Source: Candidatus Binatia bacterium (GTDB taxonomy: Bacteria; Desulfobacterota; Binatia; Bin18). Taken from it: DNA of 64,000 bases. Below are positions 16,536-25,226 of the stretch, piece after piece (within the stretch, counting starts at the first letter, position 1; every line of letters begins with the position of its first letter). A model generated the notes under the pieces. The model had not been told where the DNA came from. It saw only the letters and a program-made list of their open reading frames with translations, and did no database searches. The DNA is taken from positions 3,424,001-3,488,000 of the forward strand of contig OY761159.2 in NCBI GenBank assembly GCA_963664395.2, in the 5' to 3' direction. The translations under genes were made by a program, and so were the position numbers.

Positions 16536-17447
16536 ATGCCGGAAACCCTGCTCAGTACGCGTGAAGTCGCTGCCTACCTGCATATCAATGACAAGCAGGT
16601 CTACCGTTTGATCCGAAACGGAGCGATTCCGTGCACGCGCGTAACCGGCAAATGGCTGTTCCCACAAAGCCTGGTCGAGGACTGGGTGAAACGGAGCGTA
16701 CAGGCGCAGGGGCCAGCAGCCCCGTCCCCAGGGCAGTTCGGACCTGAACGTGGGCTCTTAATCGCGGGCAGTAACGATCTCTTGCTCGACGCCTTGCTTG
16801 ACCTGGCGGGGCAACGTTTTCCGGAACAGCTCTTTTACACCACGAATCTTGGGAGTTTCGGTGGGTTAGCGGCCCTCAAACAGGCACAGACCCATGTGGC
16901 TCTGGCCCATCTATCCGATCCCGAAACAGGCGAATACAACACGCCGTTTCTGGCACAAGCCGGCCAGTCTGACCTGGTGGCCGTGACCCTCTGGCATCGC
17001 CGGCTTGGATTGATCTCCCGGCCCGACAGCCGGCCGATACGCTCACTTGCCGAACTGCCCCGCAAGAAGAAACGTCTGGTGAACCGCCACGCCAAGTCTG
17101 GCGTTCGCTGGCTCATCGATCAGCAGCTTCGGCAGGCTCAGATCAAACCGGAACATATCAAGGGCTATGACGTAGAAGCCTGGACTCATTGGGAGGTCGG
17201 ATTACACGTGCTCCACGGTCGTGCGGATGTCGGGGTGGCCGTCCAGGCAGTGGCTGAGCTTTTGGGTCTCTCATTTACCGAAATGGTTGAGGAGCGGTTT
17301 GATTTGCTCGTCTCCAAAGATATGTATTTTGCCAAACCAGTCCAAGCTCTTCTGGATGTTGTCACCTCGCCTGAATTAAAAGAGCGTGCGACCTCGCTTG
17401 GGGGCTATGAAGTCCGCGAGGCCGGTACAGTCGTGTGTGTCACATAA
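16536..17447 (+). CDS. excisionase-type HTH plus PBP-like molybdate/tungstate-binding domain transcriptional regulator
   Basis: LSTREVAAYLHINDKQVYRL..IPCTRVTGKWLFP, AGSNDLLL, GSFGGL, NRH..SG.R, ERFDL; lies upstream of the tup genes. Confidence 0.88.
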   Translation: MPETLLSTREVAAYLHINDKQVYRLIRNGAIPCTRVTGKWLFPQSLVEDWVKRSVQAQGPAAPSPGQFGPERGLLIAGSNDLLLDALLDLAGQRFPEQLFYTTNLGSFGGLAALKQAQTHVALAHLSDPETGEYNTPFLAQAGQSDLVAVTLWHRRLGLISRPDSRPIRSLAELPRKKKRLVNRHAKSGVRWLIDQQLRQAQIKPEHIKGYDVEAWTHWEVGLHVLHGRADVGVAVQAVAELLGLSFTEMVEERFDLLVSKDMYFAKPVQALLDVVTSPELKERATSLGGYEVREAGTVVCVT

Positions 17448-17461
17448 CGGATCAACAGCCC

Positions 17462-18169
17462 ATGCAGGATTTCGGACAGGCCTTTGCCTTGGCATTTCAG
17501 CTCATTGTCTCGACTGACCCCATGCTCGGTGAAATTATATTCCTTTCACTGAGAGTGAGTATCAGTGCGGTCGTGCTGGCGAGTGTGATTGGACTCTGCA
17601 TCGGGGCAACACTCGGACTTTCGGATTTCCCCGGCCGGAGCGCGGTCGTCGTCCTCTTCAATGCCTTGATGGGCCTGCCCCCGGTTGTGGTTGGCCTGCT
17701 GGTCTATATGACGCTGTCCAACGCGGGTCCGCTCGGCTGGCTGCATCTCTTGTACACGCCGACGGCAATGATTATAGCCCAAACCATTTTGGTCACGCCC
17801 ATTATCGCCAGTTTATCACGGCAGGTGATAGAGGATCTCTATGCCGAATATCGAGAACAATTGCTCTCGCTCGGTGTTCCCCTCAGAACGGCCATTGCCG
17901 TCCTCTTATGGGACGCCCGGTATAGTTTACTGACCGTCGCCCTGGCCGGCTTCGGGCGGGCTGTTGCGGAAGTGGGCGCGGTGATTATTGTCGGCGGAAA
18001 TATCAAGCACGTGACGCGGGTGATGACGACCGCCATTGCGCTGGAAACCTCGAAAGGGGACTTGGCTCTTGCCCTGGCGTTGGGTCTCATTCTCATCCTG
18101 ATTGCGCTGAGCGTAAATGCCACCGTGTCGCTCCTGCGCCTGAGTGCATCCAGCAGAGCGTATGCCTAG
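17462..18169 (+). CDS. tupB: tungstate ABC transporter permease
   Basis: NALMGLPPVVVGL, LYTPTAMIIAQ, GFGRAVAEVGA..VGGNI...TRVMTTAIALETSKG. Confidence 0.9.
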   Translation: MQDFGQAFALAFQLIVSTDPMLGEIIFLSLRVSISAVVLASVIGLCIGATLGLSDFPGRSAVVVLFNALMGLPPVVVGLLVYMTLSNAGPLGWLHLLYTPTAMIIAQTILVTPIIASLSRQVIEDLYAEYREQLLSLGVPLRTAIAVLLWDARYSLLTVALAGFGRAVAEVGAVIIVGGNIKHVTRVMTTAIALETSKGDLALALALGLILILIALSVNATVSLLRLSASSRAYA

Positions 18170-18935
18170 TCTGGGGTGTGGGCTTCCAGCCCGCAATAAG
18201 CGCGGCCAGAATGGCCACGCTCCGCTGTTCCCGCTCCGCGTTCGCCAGCTCGTCTATAGCGTCGGTAAACAGCGGCTCATTGCCGGTATTGATCTGACAA
18301 TCGAGCAGGGCCCGCGTACGGTTATTATGGGGCCGAACGGAGCGGGTAAGAGTCTCCTGCTGCGCCTCCTGCATGGATTACTGACTCCCAGCGCAGGGGT
18401 GATTTGTTGGGGCGAAGCCCAAGCGGGAGACCTGGTGCGGCATCGCCAGGCACTCGTATTCCAACGCCCGGTTTTGTTGCGGCGCTCAGTCGGAGCGAAT
18501 CTTCGTTTTGTGCTCAAGCTGCGACAGTACGCCCGAGCCGAAAGAGAGGAGCGCCTGCGGCACATCCTGGAACTCGCCAGCCTCTCGCATCTGGTCGATC
18601 GCCCGGCCCGGGTCCTTTCCAATGGTGAGCAACAACGCGTAGCCATTGCGCGGGCCCTGGTCCTTGAACCGGAGGTACTCTTGCTCGACGAGCCAACCGT
18701 CAGTTTGGACCCGGTTTCAGTCCGCGCGATTGAAGAGCTGATGCTCGCTGCGCATGCGCGGGGGACGAAGATTATACTGGTGACCCACGATATTGGTCAG
18801 GCCCGTCGTCTCGCGGACGAAGTTGTTTTTCTCTCTCAGGGTCGGGTCGCCGAGCATTCTTCCGCTCTCCGGTTCTTTCAGCAGCCCAGCTCGGAGGAAG
18901 CTCAAACCTATGGAGAGAGCCGGATCGTTCTGTGA
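18162..18935 (+). CDS. tupC: tungstate ABC transporter ATP-binding protein
   Basis: GPNGAGKS, FQRPVLLRRSV, LSNGEQQR, LLLDEP; overlaps the tupB stop. Confidence 0.88.
   Translation: MPSLGCGLPARNKRGQNGHAPLFPLRVRQLVYSVGKQRLIAGIDLTIEQGPRTVIMGPNGAGKSLLLRLLHGLLTPSAGVICWGEAQAGDLVRHRQALVFQRPVLLRRSVGANLRFVLKLRQYARAEREERLRHILELASLSHLVDRPARVLSNGEQQRVAIARALVLEPEVLLLDEPTVSLDPVSVRAIEELMLAAHARGTKIILVTHDIGQARRLADEVVFLSQGRVAEHSSALRFFQQPSSEEAQTYGESRIVL
18172..18223 (+). repeat. REP-like palindromic repeat (inside tupC 5' end)
   Basis: TGGGGTGTGGGCTTCCAGCCCGCA...GCGGCCAGAATGGCCACGCTCC; related to 39118-39163 and 42074-42139. Confidence 0.7.
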
Positions 18936-18963
18936 GGGAGAACGCACGCTCAGGAAAACAGGC

Positions 18964-19794
18964 ATGCCAACACCTCGACTGTGGTACCTACTCGCCGTCT
19001 TCAGCCTGACGCTTCTCTTCAGTGGACCAGGTCGGGCTGAGGACCGCTTTATTATTCTCCAGTCATCGACGTCGACCCAGAATTCCGGCTTGTTTGACGC
19101 CATACTGCCCCGTTTTCAAACCAGGACCGGCATTGCAGTGCGTGTGGTTGCGGTCGGGACCGGTCAGGCGCTCAAGAACGCCCGCAACGGCGATGGCGAT
19201 GTGCTGCTGGTGCATGCCAAGCCTGAGGAAGAAGTCTTTGTCGCGGAGGGCTGGGGGGTGAAACGGTATGATGTCATGTACAACAGTTTTATGATTGTCG
19301 GTCCGGCGAACGATCCTGCAAAGATTGGTGGTATGCAGGAGGCGGGAGCTGCGCTCAGAAAGCTCTCCCAAGCCGGCGCTCCATTTGTGTCGCGCGGAGA
19401 TGAAAGCGGTACTCATAAAAAAGAACAGGCATTGTGGAAAGCTGCGGCTGTTGATCCGCTGGATGCCGGTGGGACGTGGTATCGAGAGGCTGGCGCCGGT
19501 ATGGGGGCAACCCTGAACACCACGGTCGGGATGCAGGCCTACACGCTGGCCGACCGTGGCACCTGGCTGAGTTTCCGCAACAAGGGCGACTTCACTATCC
19601 TGGTTGAGGGAGACCCGCAGCTTTTCAATCAATATGGGGTGATCCTGGTGAATCCGGATAAACACCCGCATGTGAAAGCTGAATTTGGTCAGCAGTTTAT
19701 TGACTGGCTGATCGGGTCCGAAGGGCAAAGCCTCATCGCCGGCTATACCATCGATGGTCAACAGCTCTTTTTTCCCAATGCTCCAGGAGGATAG
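18964..19794 (+). CDS. tupA: tungstate ABC transporter substrate-binding protein
   Basis: Signal peptide; SSTSTQNSGL, VGTGQAL, DVLLVHA, MYN.F, FVSRGDESGTH, GMGATL, DRGTW. Confidence 0.92.
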   Translation: MPTPRLWYLLAVFSLTLLFSGPGRAEDRFIILQSSTSTQNSGLFDAILPRFQTRTGIAVRVVAVGTGQALKNARNGDGDVLLVHAKPEEEVFVAEGWGVKRYDVMYNSFMIVGPANDPAKIGGMQEAGAALRKLSQAGAPFVSRGDESGTHKKEQALWKAAAVDPLDAGGTWYREAGAGMGATLNTTVGMQAYTLADRGTWLSFRNKGDFTILVEGDPQLFNQYGVILVNPDKHPHVKAEFGQQFIDWLIGSEGQSLIAGYTIDGQQLFFPNAPGG

Positions 19795-19816
19795 TACACA
19801 AGCCGGAGGGGTAGAT

Positions 19817-20221
19817 ATGATCACTGGAAGCTGTCACTGCCAGACCGTTCGATTTGAAATCACCGAGGAGATTCATGGCTTCATGCACTGCCATTGCCAT
19901 ACGTGTCGCAAGATCAATGGCACGCTGTATGGGTCGAGTGCGCTGGTGACGACGGCGGGGTTCACCATTGTTACCGGCCAGGACGCGCTGACCGCCTATG
20001 AGTCGTCGCCCGGAAAAAAGCGCTGTTTTTGTTCTCGATGCGGCGCGCATGTGTATGCGTATTTTGACCGTGATCCACAGACCATACTCCTTCGTATCGG
20101 CACCTTGGACGCTGATCCGGGAGTGCGCGCCGAGGGCCATATATGGGTGAGTCATAAAGCACCCTGGTATGAGATCCAGGATGACCTGCCCCGCTTTGAC
20201 GAGGGTCCTGACAAACGCTGA
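19817..20221 (+). CDS. GFA/CENP-V family Zn-binding protein
   Basis: GSCHC..VRF, CHCHTCRK, RCFCSRCG, HIWVSHKAPW. Confidence 0.9.
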   Translation: MITGSCHCQTVRFEITEEIHGFMHCHCHTCRKINGTLYGSSALVTTAGFTIVTGQDALTAYESSPGKKRCFCSRCGAHVYAYFDRDPQTILLRIGTLDADPGVRAEGHIWVSHKAPWYEIQDDLPRFDEGPDKR

Positions 20222-20314
20222 ACCTGTGACGTGGCTCCGATCTTCCGGTAAAAGTTTCTGAGAGGCGAGGTCAGCGCAGGTTGGATAAAAAGGGCGGGTA
20301 GGGGAGCGACCGGC

Positions 20315-20854
20315 GTGGAACAGGCTATTGAACGCATCCTATTCTCAGCGTCGGAAATCCGAGCAGGGATAGGCCGCGTTGCCCAGGAGGTCGCGGCCTA
20401 TTACCGGGACGCGCCCTGTACGGTTGTGTCGGTGCTCAAAGGCGGCTGTCTCTTTACGGCTGATATCATCCGCCAGCTTCCCTTCCCACTCAGCCTGAGC
20501 TTTGCCGCGGTATCGAGTTATGGAGACGGGACAACGAGTGGCAGGCTTAGCCTGGACTATTTCCCGACCGACCAGGAAATCCGGGGGCAGCGCATTCTCC
20601 TGGTCGATGACATTCTTGACACTGGCCGGACGCTCAGGTTTCTCCGAGGAGAGCTCTTGAAACAAGGGGCACGTGAAGTCAAAACATGTGTGCTGCTCGA
20701 CAAACCTGCACGTCGGGGAGTGGATTATAAAGCTGACTTTCGCTGTTTTGTCATCGAAGACGTGTTCGTTGTGGGCTATGGGCTCGACTTTGCTGGCCGC
20801 TATCGCAATCTGCCGTATATTGCCGTCTTACGGCCCGAGGTCTATGCCGAGTAG
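20315..20854 (+). CDS. hpt: hypoxanthine phosphoribosyltransferase
   Basis: VLKGG, LLVDDILDTGRTL, LLDKPARR, FVVGYGLD..YRNLPYI. Confidence 0.93.
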   Translation: MEQAIERILFSASEIRAGIGRVAQEVAAYYRDAPCTVVSVLKGGCLFTADIIRQLPFPLSLSFAAVSSYGDGTTSGRLSLDYFPTDQEIRGQRILLVDDILDTGRTLRFLRGELLKQGAREVKTCVLLDKPARRGVDYKADFRCFVIEDVFVVGYGLDFAGRYRNLPYIAVLRPEVYAE

Positions 20855-20865
20855 GAATGACAAAC

Positions 20866-20902
20866 AAAAAGAGGCGGGCCACACGGCCCGCCCCTCTTTT
20901 TT
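20866..20902. terminator. bidirectional intrinsic terminator
   Basis: AAAAAGAGGCGGGCC-ACAC-GGCCCGCCCCTCTTTTTT between convergent genes. Confidence 0.8.
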
Positions 20903-20925
20903 CGACAAGAGCGTCCTGAGACCGT

Positions 20926-21846
20926 TTACGACAGCGCGGCGTCGAGCGTTTCCACTGACGGGGCGAAGTAGAACGAACCGGAGGCCGGGTTGCTGTAAGA
21001 GGTGAGCCGGTCGCGTTCCTGACCGTCCATACCATACATGGCTCGCATCCGCTCGCGCAGCGGGGCTTGGCTCTTACAGAAGGCCATGAAGTACAAGCCA
21101 ACCATCCCATCGTGGAAGGCGTACGGAGTCGAACGACGCGAAATCTCATCTCGCTTGGGGGTGCTGTCGTTGCCGGTTCTGCCCTCGCGCAGCTCGACAT
21201 GCGAGAGATGGGAGGGAGAGGGTTGGGGGGACAGGCGGGTTGAGTCAGCCTTGGTCCGGCCAAAGACTTTTTCCTGCTCTTCAACGGGCAGGAGATTAAA
21301 GGCTTCCAGGTCATGAATCCAACGCTGGGCGATAATGAAGCTCCCGCCCGCGCCCGGCTCGCCATCCGGAACGACGGCGACTTCAACATCCCGCTCGGGC
21401 TCGGGGTTGCCGGTGCCATCTTTGAACCCGGACAGGTCGAGCGAGTCGCCGAAAATGAACGTCATGGTCTCGCGGGCAACCCGCATATGCCCTTTCAGGG
21501 CTTCCCGAGCGTCCCACTGGGCCTTCCAGACTTCATCCTTTTTTTCGCTGTTCAGCCAGAACAGGAGCTCTTCCTGGGTGCCCTTGGCTTCCTTACCACT
21601 TCCATCGATCGAATTGAACGTTTCGTAGGGCTGGAAATCGTTGGGCCCGTCGTCCGTGAGGTCCGAGAGGAGTGATGGTCCGAGGCCGATGGTCAGATTG
21701 ATGCCTTTGTCGGCACAGTCTTTCCGTAACTGCTGGACCGCAGATTTGATCACGCCCATATCAGCGCCATCCAGACGACTGAGGTGGACGTACCACTGGT
21801 GCTGGCCCATGTTTCTATTGAGAACTGCTGGTTGGGGTGTTGCCAT
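20926..21846 (-). CDS. Dyp-type peroxidase
   Basis: DLSGFKDGTGNP, GGSFIIAQRWIHDL, FGRTK, SHLSHV, RRSTPY, GLYFMAF, FYFAPS. Confidence 0.9.
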   Translation of the reverse strand: MATPQPAVLNRNMGQHQWYVHLSRLDGADMGVIKSAVQQLRKDCADKGINLTIGLGPSLLSDLTDDGPNDFQPYETFNSIDGSGKEAKGTQEELLFWLNSEKKDEVWKAQWDAREALKGHMRVARETMTFIFGDSLDLSGFKDGTGNPEPERDVEVAVVPDGEPGAGGSFIIAQRWIHDLEAFNLLPVEEQEKVFGRTKADSTRLSPQPSPSHLSHVELREGRTGNDSTPKRDEISRRSTPYAFHDGMVGLYFMAFCKSQAPLRERMRAMYGMDGQERDRLTSYSNPASGSFYFAPSVETLDAALS

Positions 21847-22082
21847 AAGGCCCTCCTTGCTTCTAATTATTATGGATAAATGTGATGTTGTCTTATCTGA
21901 GAGAACTCACTGCTGTCAAGGGATTCAGACGCTTCTCAATCCCGCTATGGCGACGGAGCCGACTGATAAAGCCCCCATTTGGTTTGCCCCTTGGTCTACC
22001 TCTTGCATGTGAAGTGGCGAATCTCTAAAAGAGAATGAACATTCACTCAGACACTCAGGCACTTAGGATAGGGGGGGACCGA

Positions 22083-23348
22083 ATGCGAATAAGAAAGCGT
22101 AGCGTCCTGTGTCTCACTGGCATAATGAGCTTGGTGGGGCTGTTGTCAGGAGGCGTGTATGCCCAGGACGGAGACCAAAAACTGCTGGATGGTTTTCTCC
22201 CTTACCGTAATGGCAGCCCACAGATTGACGGGATTACGCCCGGCATGACGCTGACCAAAGAAAATGTCCAGCTTGCCGAAAAGGTGTTGCCGCCGGAGAT
22301 CGTCCGCGTTGTCCAGGCCGGAGATTTTGAGATTCCGGTGCAGGCGACAACCGATCTTCCTATCCTGGATGCCTATATGCAGGCGTCGGTCGAAAATGCC
22401 GGCCAAACCCAACTCGGCGCCGATGGCGAACTCCAGAACTACACGCTGGGCCAGCCTTTCCCCCTGATCGATCCGGCCGACCCGCAGGCCGGGCTCAAGG
22501 CCGCCTGGAATTACCGCATGCGCTATATGGGCGATACGCTCGTAACCCACGGCGTCCTGCGTACGATCAACAGCTCCGGCAATACCGAACGGGCGGTGGA
22601 CACTCGCTATTCGCGCATGTACGGCATGTTCCGCCCGAATCCCGAGCGCAACGTACCGAAATGGGCCAAGGAAGGGACATGGTGGCGGGAACACTCAATC
22701 GTCATGAGTCCCCAAGACCTTGAAGGGGCTCAGAGTCTCACCTTTCACTATGCGGCGGATACGACAAACCAGAAGGGATGGGCCTACGACCCGCAGAGTC
22801 GCCGCACGCGCAGCATTGTCGTCAACCATCATGCGGCCTCATTCGAGGCGAGTTTCTTAATCGAAGATCATACCGGCTTTCAGGGCTATCTACACAACTT
22901 CACCTGGAAGTATCTGGGCGAACAGGTGGCACTGGTGCCGGGGTTCGTTGGCGGAACGCCTCCGGAGTATGGCGGCAAAGGCGGCTGGTATCCCCAATCC
23001 CCGTGGGAATTGCGCAAGGTCATCGTTCTTGAATCAACCTCCAACGATTCGGGCCACCCGTATGGCAAGCGGCGCTTGTACATCGATCGACAGATTTATT
23101 CGGTCTTTTACGTCTTTGTATATGACCATGAGGGCAATCATTGGCGGACGCTGCTCCACACGTTTGGTGACCCTGCCGATGATCCGGACCATGCAGAGGC
23201 GAAAGGCACGCATCTCCACTTAGGCAATGTATGGATTGACTACAAAAGCAATAGCGCCGCCCTGTGGACCGCCGACAAGGTTTTGGTCAACAAACCACTC
23301 AAACCCAAGAAGTTTACGGTCAGAGAGATGGTACGCCTGGGGAAGTGA
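22083..23348 (+). CDS. DUF1329 family periplasmic protein
   Basis: Signal peptide; G.PFP.IDP.DPQAG.K.AWN, PQDLEG, W.Y.P..RR.R, WELR, HPYGKR..YID. Confidence 0.8.
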   Translation: MRIRKRSVLCLTGIMSLVGLLSGGVYAQDGDQKLLDGFLPYRNGSPQIDGITPGMTLTKENVQLAEKVLPPEIVRVVQAGDFEIPVQATTDLPILDAYMQASVENAGQTQLGADGELQNYTLGQPFPLIDPADPQAGLKAAWNYRMRYMGDTLVTHGVLRTINSSGNTERAVDTRYSRMYGMFRPNPERNVPKWAKEGTWWREHSIVMSPQDLEGAQSLTFHYAADTTNQKGWAYDPQSRRTRSIVVNHHAASFEASFLIEDHTGFQGYLHNFTWKYLGEQVALVPGFVGGTPPEYGGKGGWYPQSPWELRKVIVLESTSNDSGHPYGKRRLYIDRQIYSVFYVFVYDHEGNHWRTLLHTFGDPADDPDHAEAKGTHLHLGNVWIDYKSNSAALWTADKVLVNKPLKPKKFTVREMVRLGK

Positions 23349-23393
23349 CGGGGAGCGAGTGATGCAAGGAGATGGGGTAAAGGCGTGCAAAGT

Positions 23394-25226
23394 ATGCAAA
23401 ATACGATGCAAGAGACGACGAATGAGCGCCCTCCATCGCTCCTGAGACGGACCGGGCTGCTCCCGCTTGGTGGCTTGATTGGTGGTTTGCTCGTTGGCCT
23501 GTTGCTCTGGCCCGCCCTGCTGTACGCCCGCTTTCTGGACGAGGCCCAAACGTTGCGCTTTAACGGCCGGGTGTATAACCGGACGGCTATGGCAGTGGAA
23601 AACGCGGACGCGAACACCCGTCTCCAGACACCGTATAATGCATTCAACATGCTCCAGAACCGCACCTTCGTCCAACTCGAAATGCGGCACAATCTGGTGG
23701 ATCTGGTTGAAGGCAGCTATCAAGGACCTCTCAGTATTCTCGCCCCTCTCCTCAAGCCGCTGCAGTGGCTCCAGCTTGAAGATATGAGTTATTTCATGAC
23801 CTATCGGGGGGAGTACGACGGCGTCTGGGACTATGGACCCGACGTGTTCCGCGAGCGCTTTCCCCTGCTCTCCAACTGTGGTCAGCCCAGTAAACACAAA
23901 CGGACCAGTCCGCGTCAGTTTGCCGACTGCTCGCGCGTCAACCCGCGCCGCACCTTACGCAAGCGCCATCGGCTGTTCGAAGCCTATGTTGATCTGTCCT
24001 GGGAGGCGCTCTTTTTGCGCATTGGGCGACAAAACCTCTCCTGGGGAGAGACCGACGCCTTCCGGCTCCTGGATCAGATCAACCCGCTCGACGCCAGCTT
24101 TGGCGGCTTTCTCGTCTCCCTGGATGACCGCCGCGTGCCCCTGGACATGGTGCGGGCCGTGTATAGCTTTGAGGATATCGGTCCCTTCTCCGAACTGAAC
24201 ATTGAGAGCTACGGGGCCTTTGACAAGAATATCTCCAGCCCGACACCGGCTGGCTCACCCTGGTCCACCCCGAACCCGCCGGGGATGCGGAGTGTCGTCA
24301 AAAAGCCGGCGCAGAATTTCAAGGACACCCGAGGCGGCTTTCGCGTCACCGCCAGGGTCGGCGAGCTGACGCTCTCCGCGGCGCATTACTACACGTTTCT
24401 GGATACGCCGGAGGTTCGCATTGTCACTCCCAGGAAGAATCCTCCGATTAGTCTGGCGGCGTTTGAGCAAGCGGTACACGAAGGGCTGGCCTCTCAGTTC
24501 ATTGTGGATAACTTCCAGGCCAATGTGCTGTATCCGAAAATTGCGATCTCCGGTCTGACGGCTTCTTTTCCCATGCCGAAGTGGTACGCGATCATCCGCA
24601 GCGAGGCGGCTGTTTTCTGGGACGAGCCGTTCTTCAAGAACTCGGGGGCTACGCAGCTCCTCGGACCGGTCCTGTCCGGCGGCCAGCTCACACCCGGTTA
24701 CCGCCAGGTCGGGATCGATCCCGCCACCGGCTCGCCGCTGCTGTCGTATGAGAACGATATTGCCCACTCACACGTTGTGCGCTGGGCGCTGGGCATCGAT
24801 ATCAATCGCTATATTCGTGCCCTCAATCCTCAGCAGTCGTTTATTATCAGCGGGCAGATGTTCGGCACGCATATCGTCGATTTTAACGACACCTCGCTGG
24901 CCTCAGCCGGGCCGTACGGCTTTGGCCATTTTGCGATTCCGGTCAGCGAGCCGAACCGCCAGAACCAATCCCTGGTCAACATCGATCAACACCAGTTTGT
25001 GAATACGCTGAGTATCTCGACCTCCTTCCGCTCCGGGGTGATTAAACCCCAGTTGGTCTTCTTCTACGACTGGCAGGGTTCCTGGCTCGTCCAACCGGGG
25101 ATTACTCTGACGCGCGACCCTTTTCGCCTGACGCTCCAGTACAACTACCTCGACGGCCAGTACAACGGCATCGGTTTGCTGCGGGATCGGGACAATCTGA
25201 TTACGCAGCTTGAGGTGGTGTTTTAG
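23394..25226 (+). CDS. DUF1302 family outer-membrane beta-barrel-like protein
   Basis: LRIGRQNLSWGETDAFRLLDQINPLD, C-terminal RDRD...EVVF; paired with DUF1329. Start uncertain. Confidence 0.78.
   Translation: MQNTMQETTNERPPSLLRRTGLLPLGGLIGGLLVGLLLWPALLYARFLDEAQTLRFNGRVYNRTAMAVENADANTRLQTPYNAFNMLQNRTFVQLEMRHNLVDLVEGSYQGPLSILAPLLKPLQWLQLEDMSYFMTYRGEYDGVWDYGPDVFRERFPLLSNCGQPSKHKRTSPRQFADCSRVNPRRTLRKRHRLFEAYVDLSWEALFLRIGRQNLSWGETDAFRLLDQINPLDASFGGFLVSLDDRRVPLDMVRAVYSFEDIGPFSELNIESYGAFDKNISSPTPAGSPWSTPNPPGMRSVVKKPAQNFKDTRGGFRVTARVGELTLSAAHYYTFLDTPEVRIVTPRKNPPISLAAFEQAVHEGLASQFIVDNFQANVLYPKIAISGLTASFPMPKWYAIIRSEAAVFWDEPFFKNSGATQLLGPVLSGGQLTPGYRQVGIDPATGSPLLSYENDIAHSHVVRWALGIDINRYIRALNPQQSFIISGQMFGTHIVDFNDTSLASAGPYGFGHFAIPVSEPNRQNQSLVNIDQHQFVNTLSISTSFRSGVIKPQLVFFYDWQGSWLVQPGITLTRDPFRLTLQYNYLDGQYNGIGLLRDRDNLITQLEVVF

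Noticed and set aside
20926-21846. Encapsulin cargo DyP
   Set aside because: No C-terminal targeting peptide (GSL.IGSL-like) and no adjacent encapsulin gene. The other DyP is cut by the window edge and cannot be judged.
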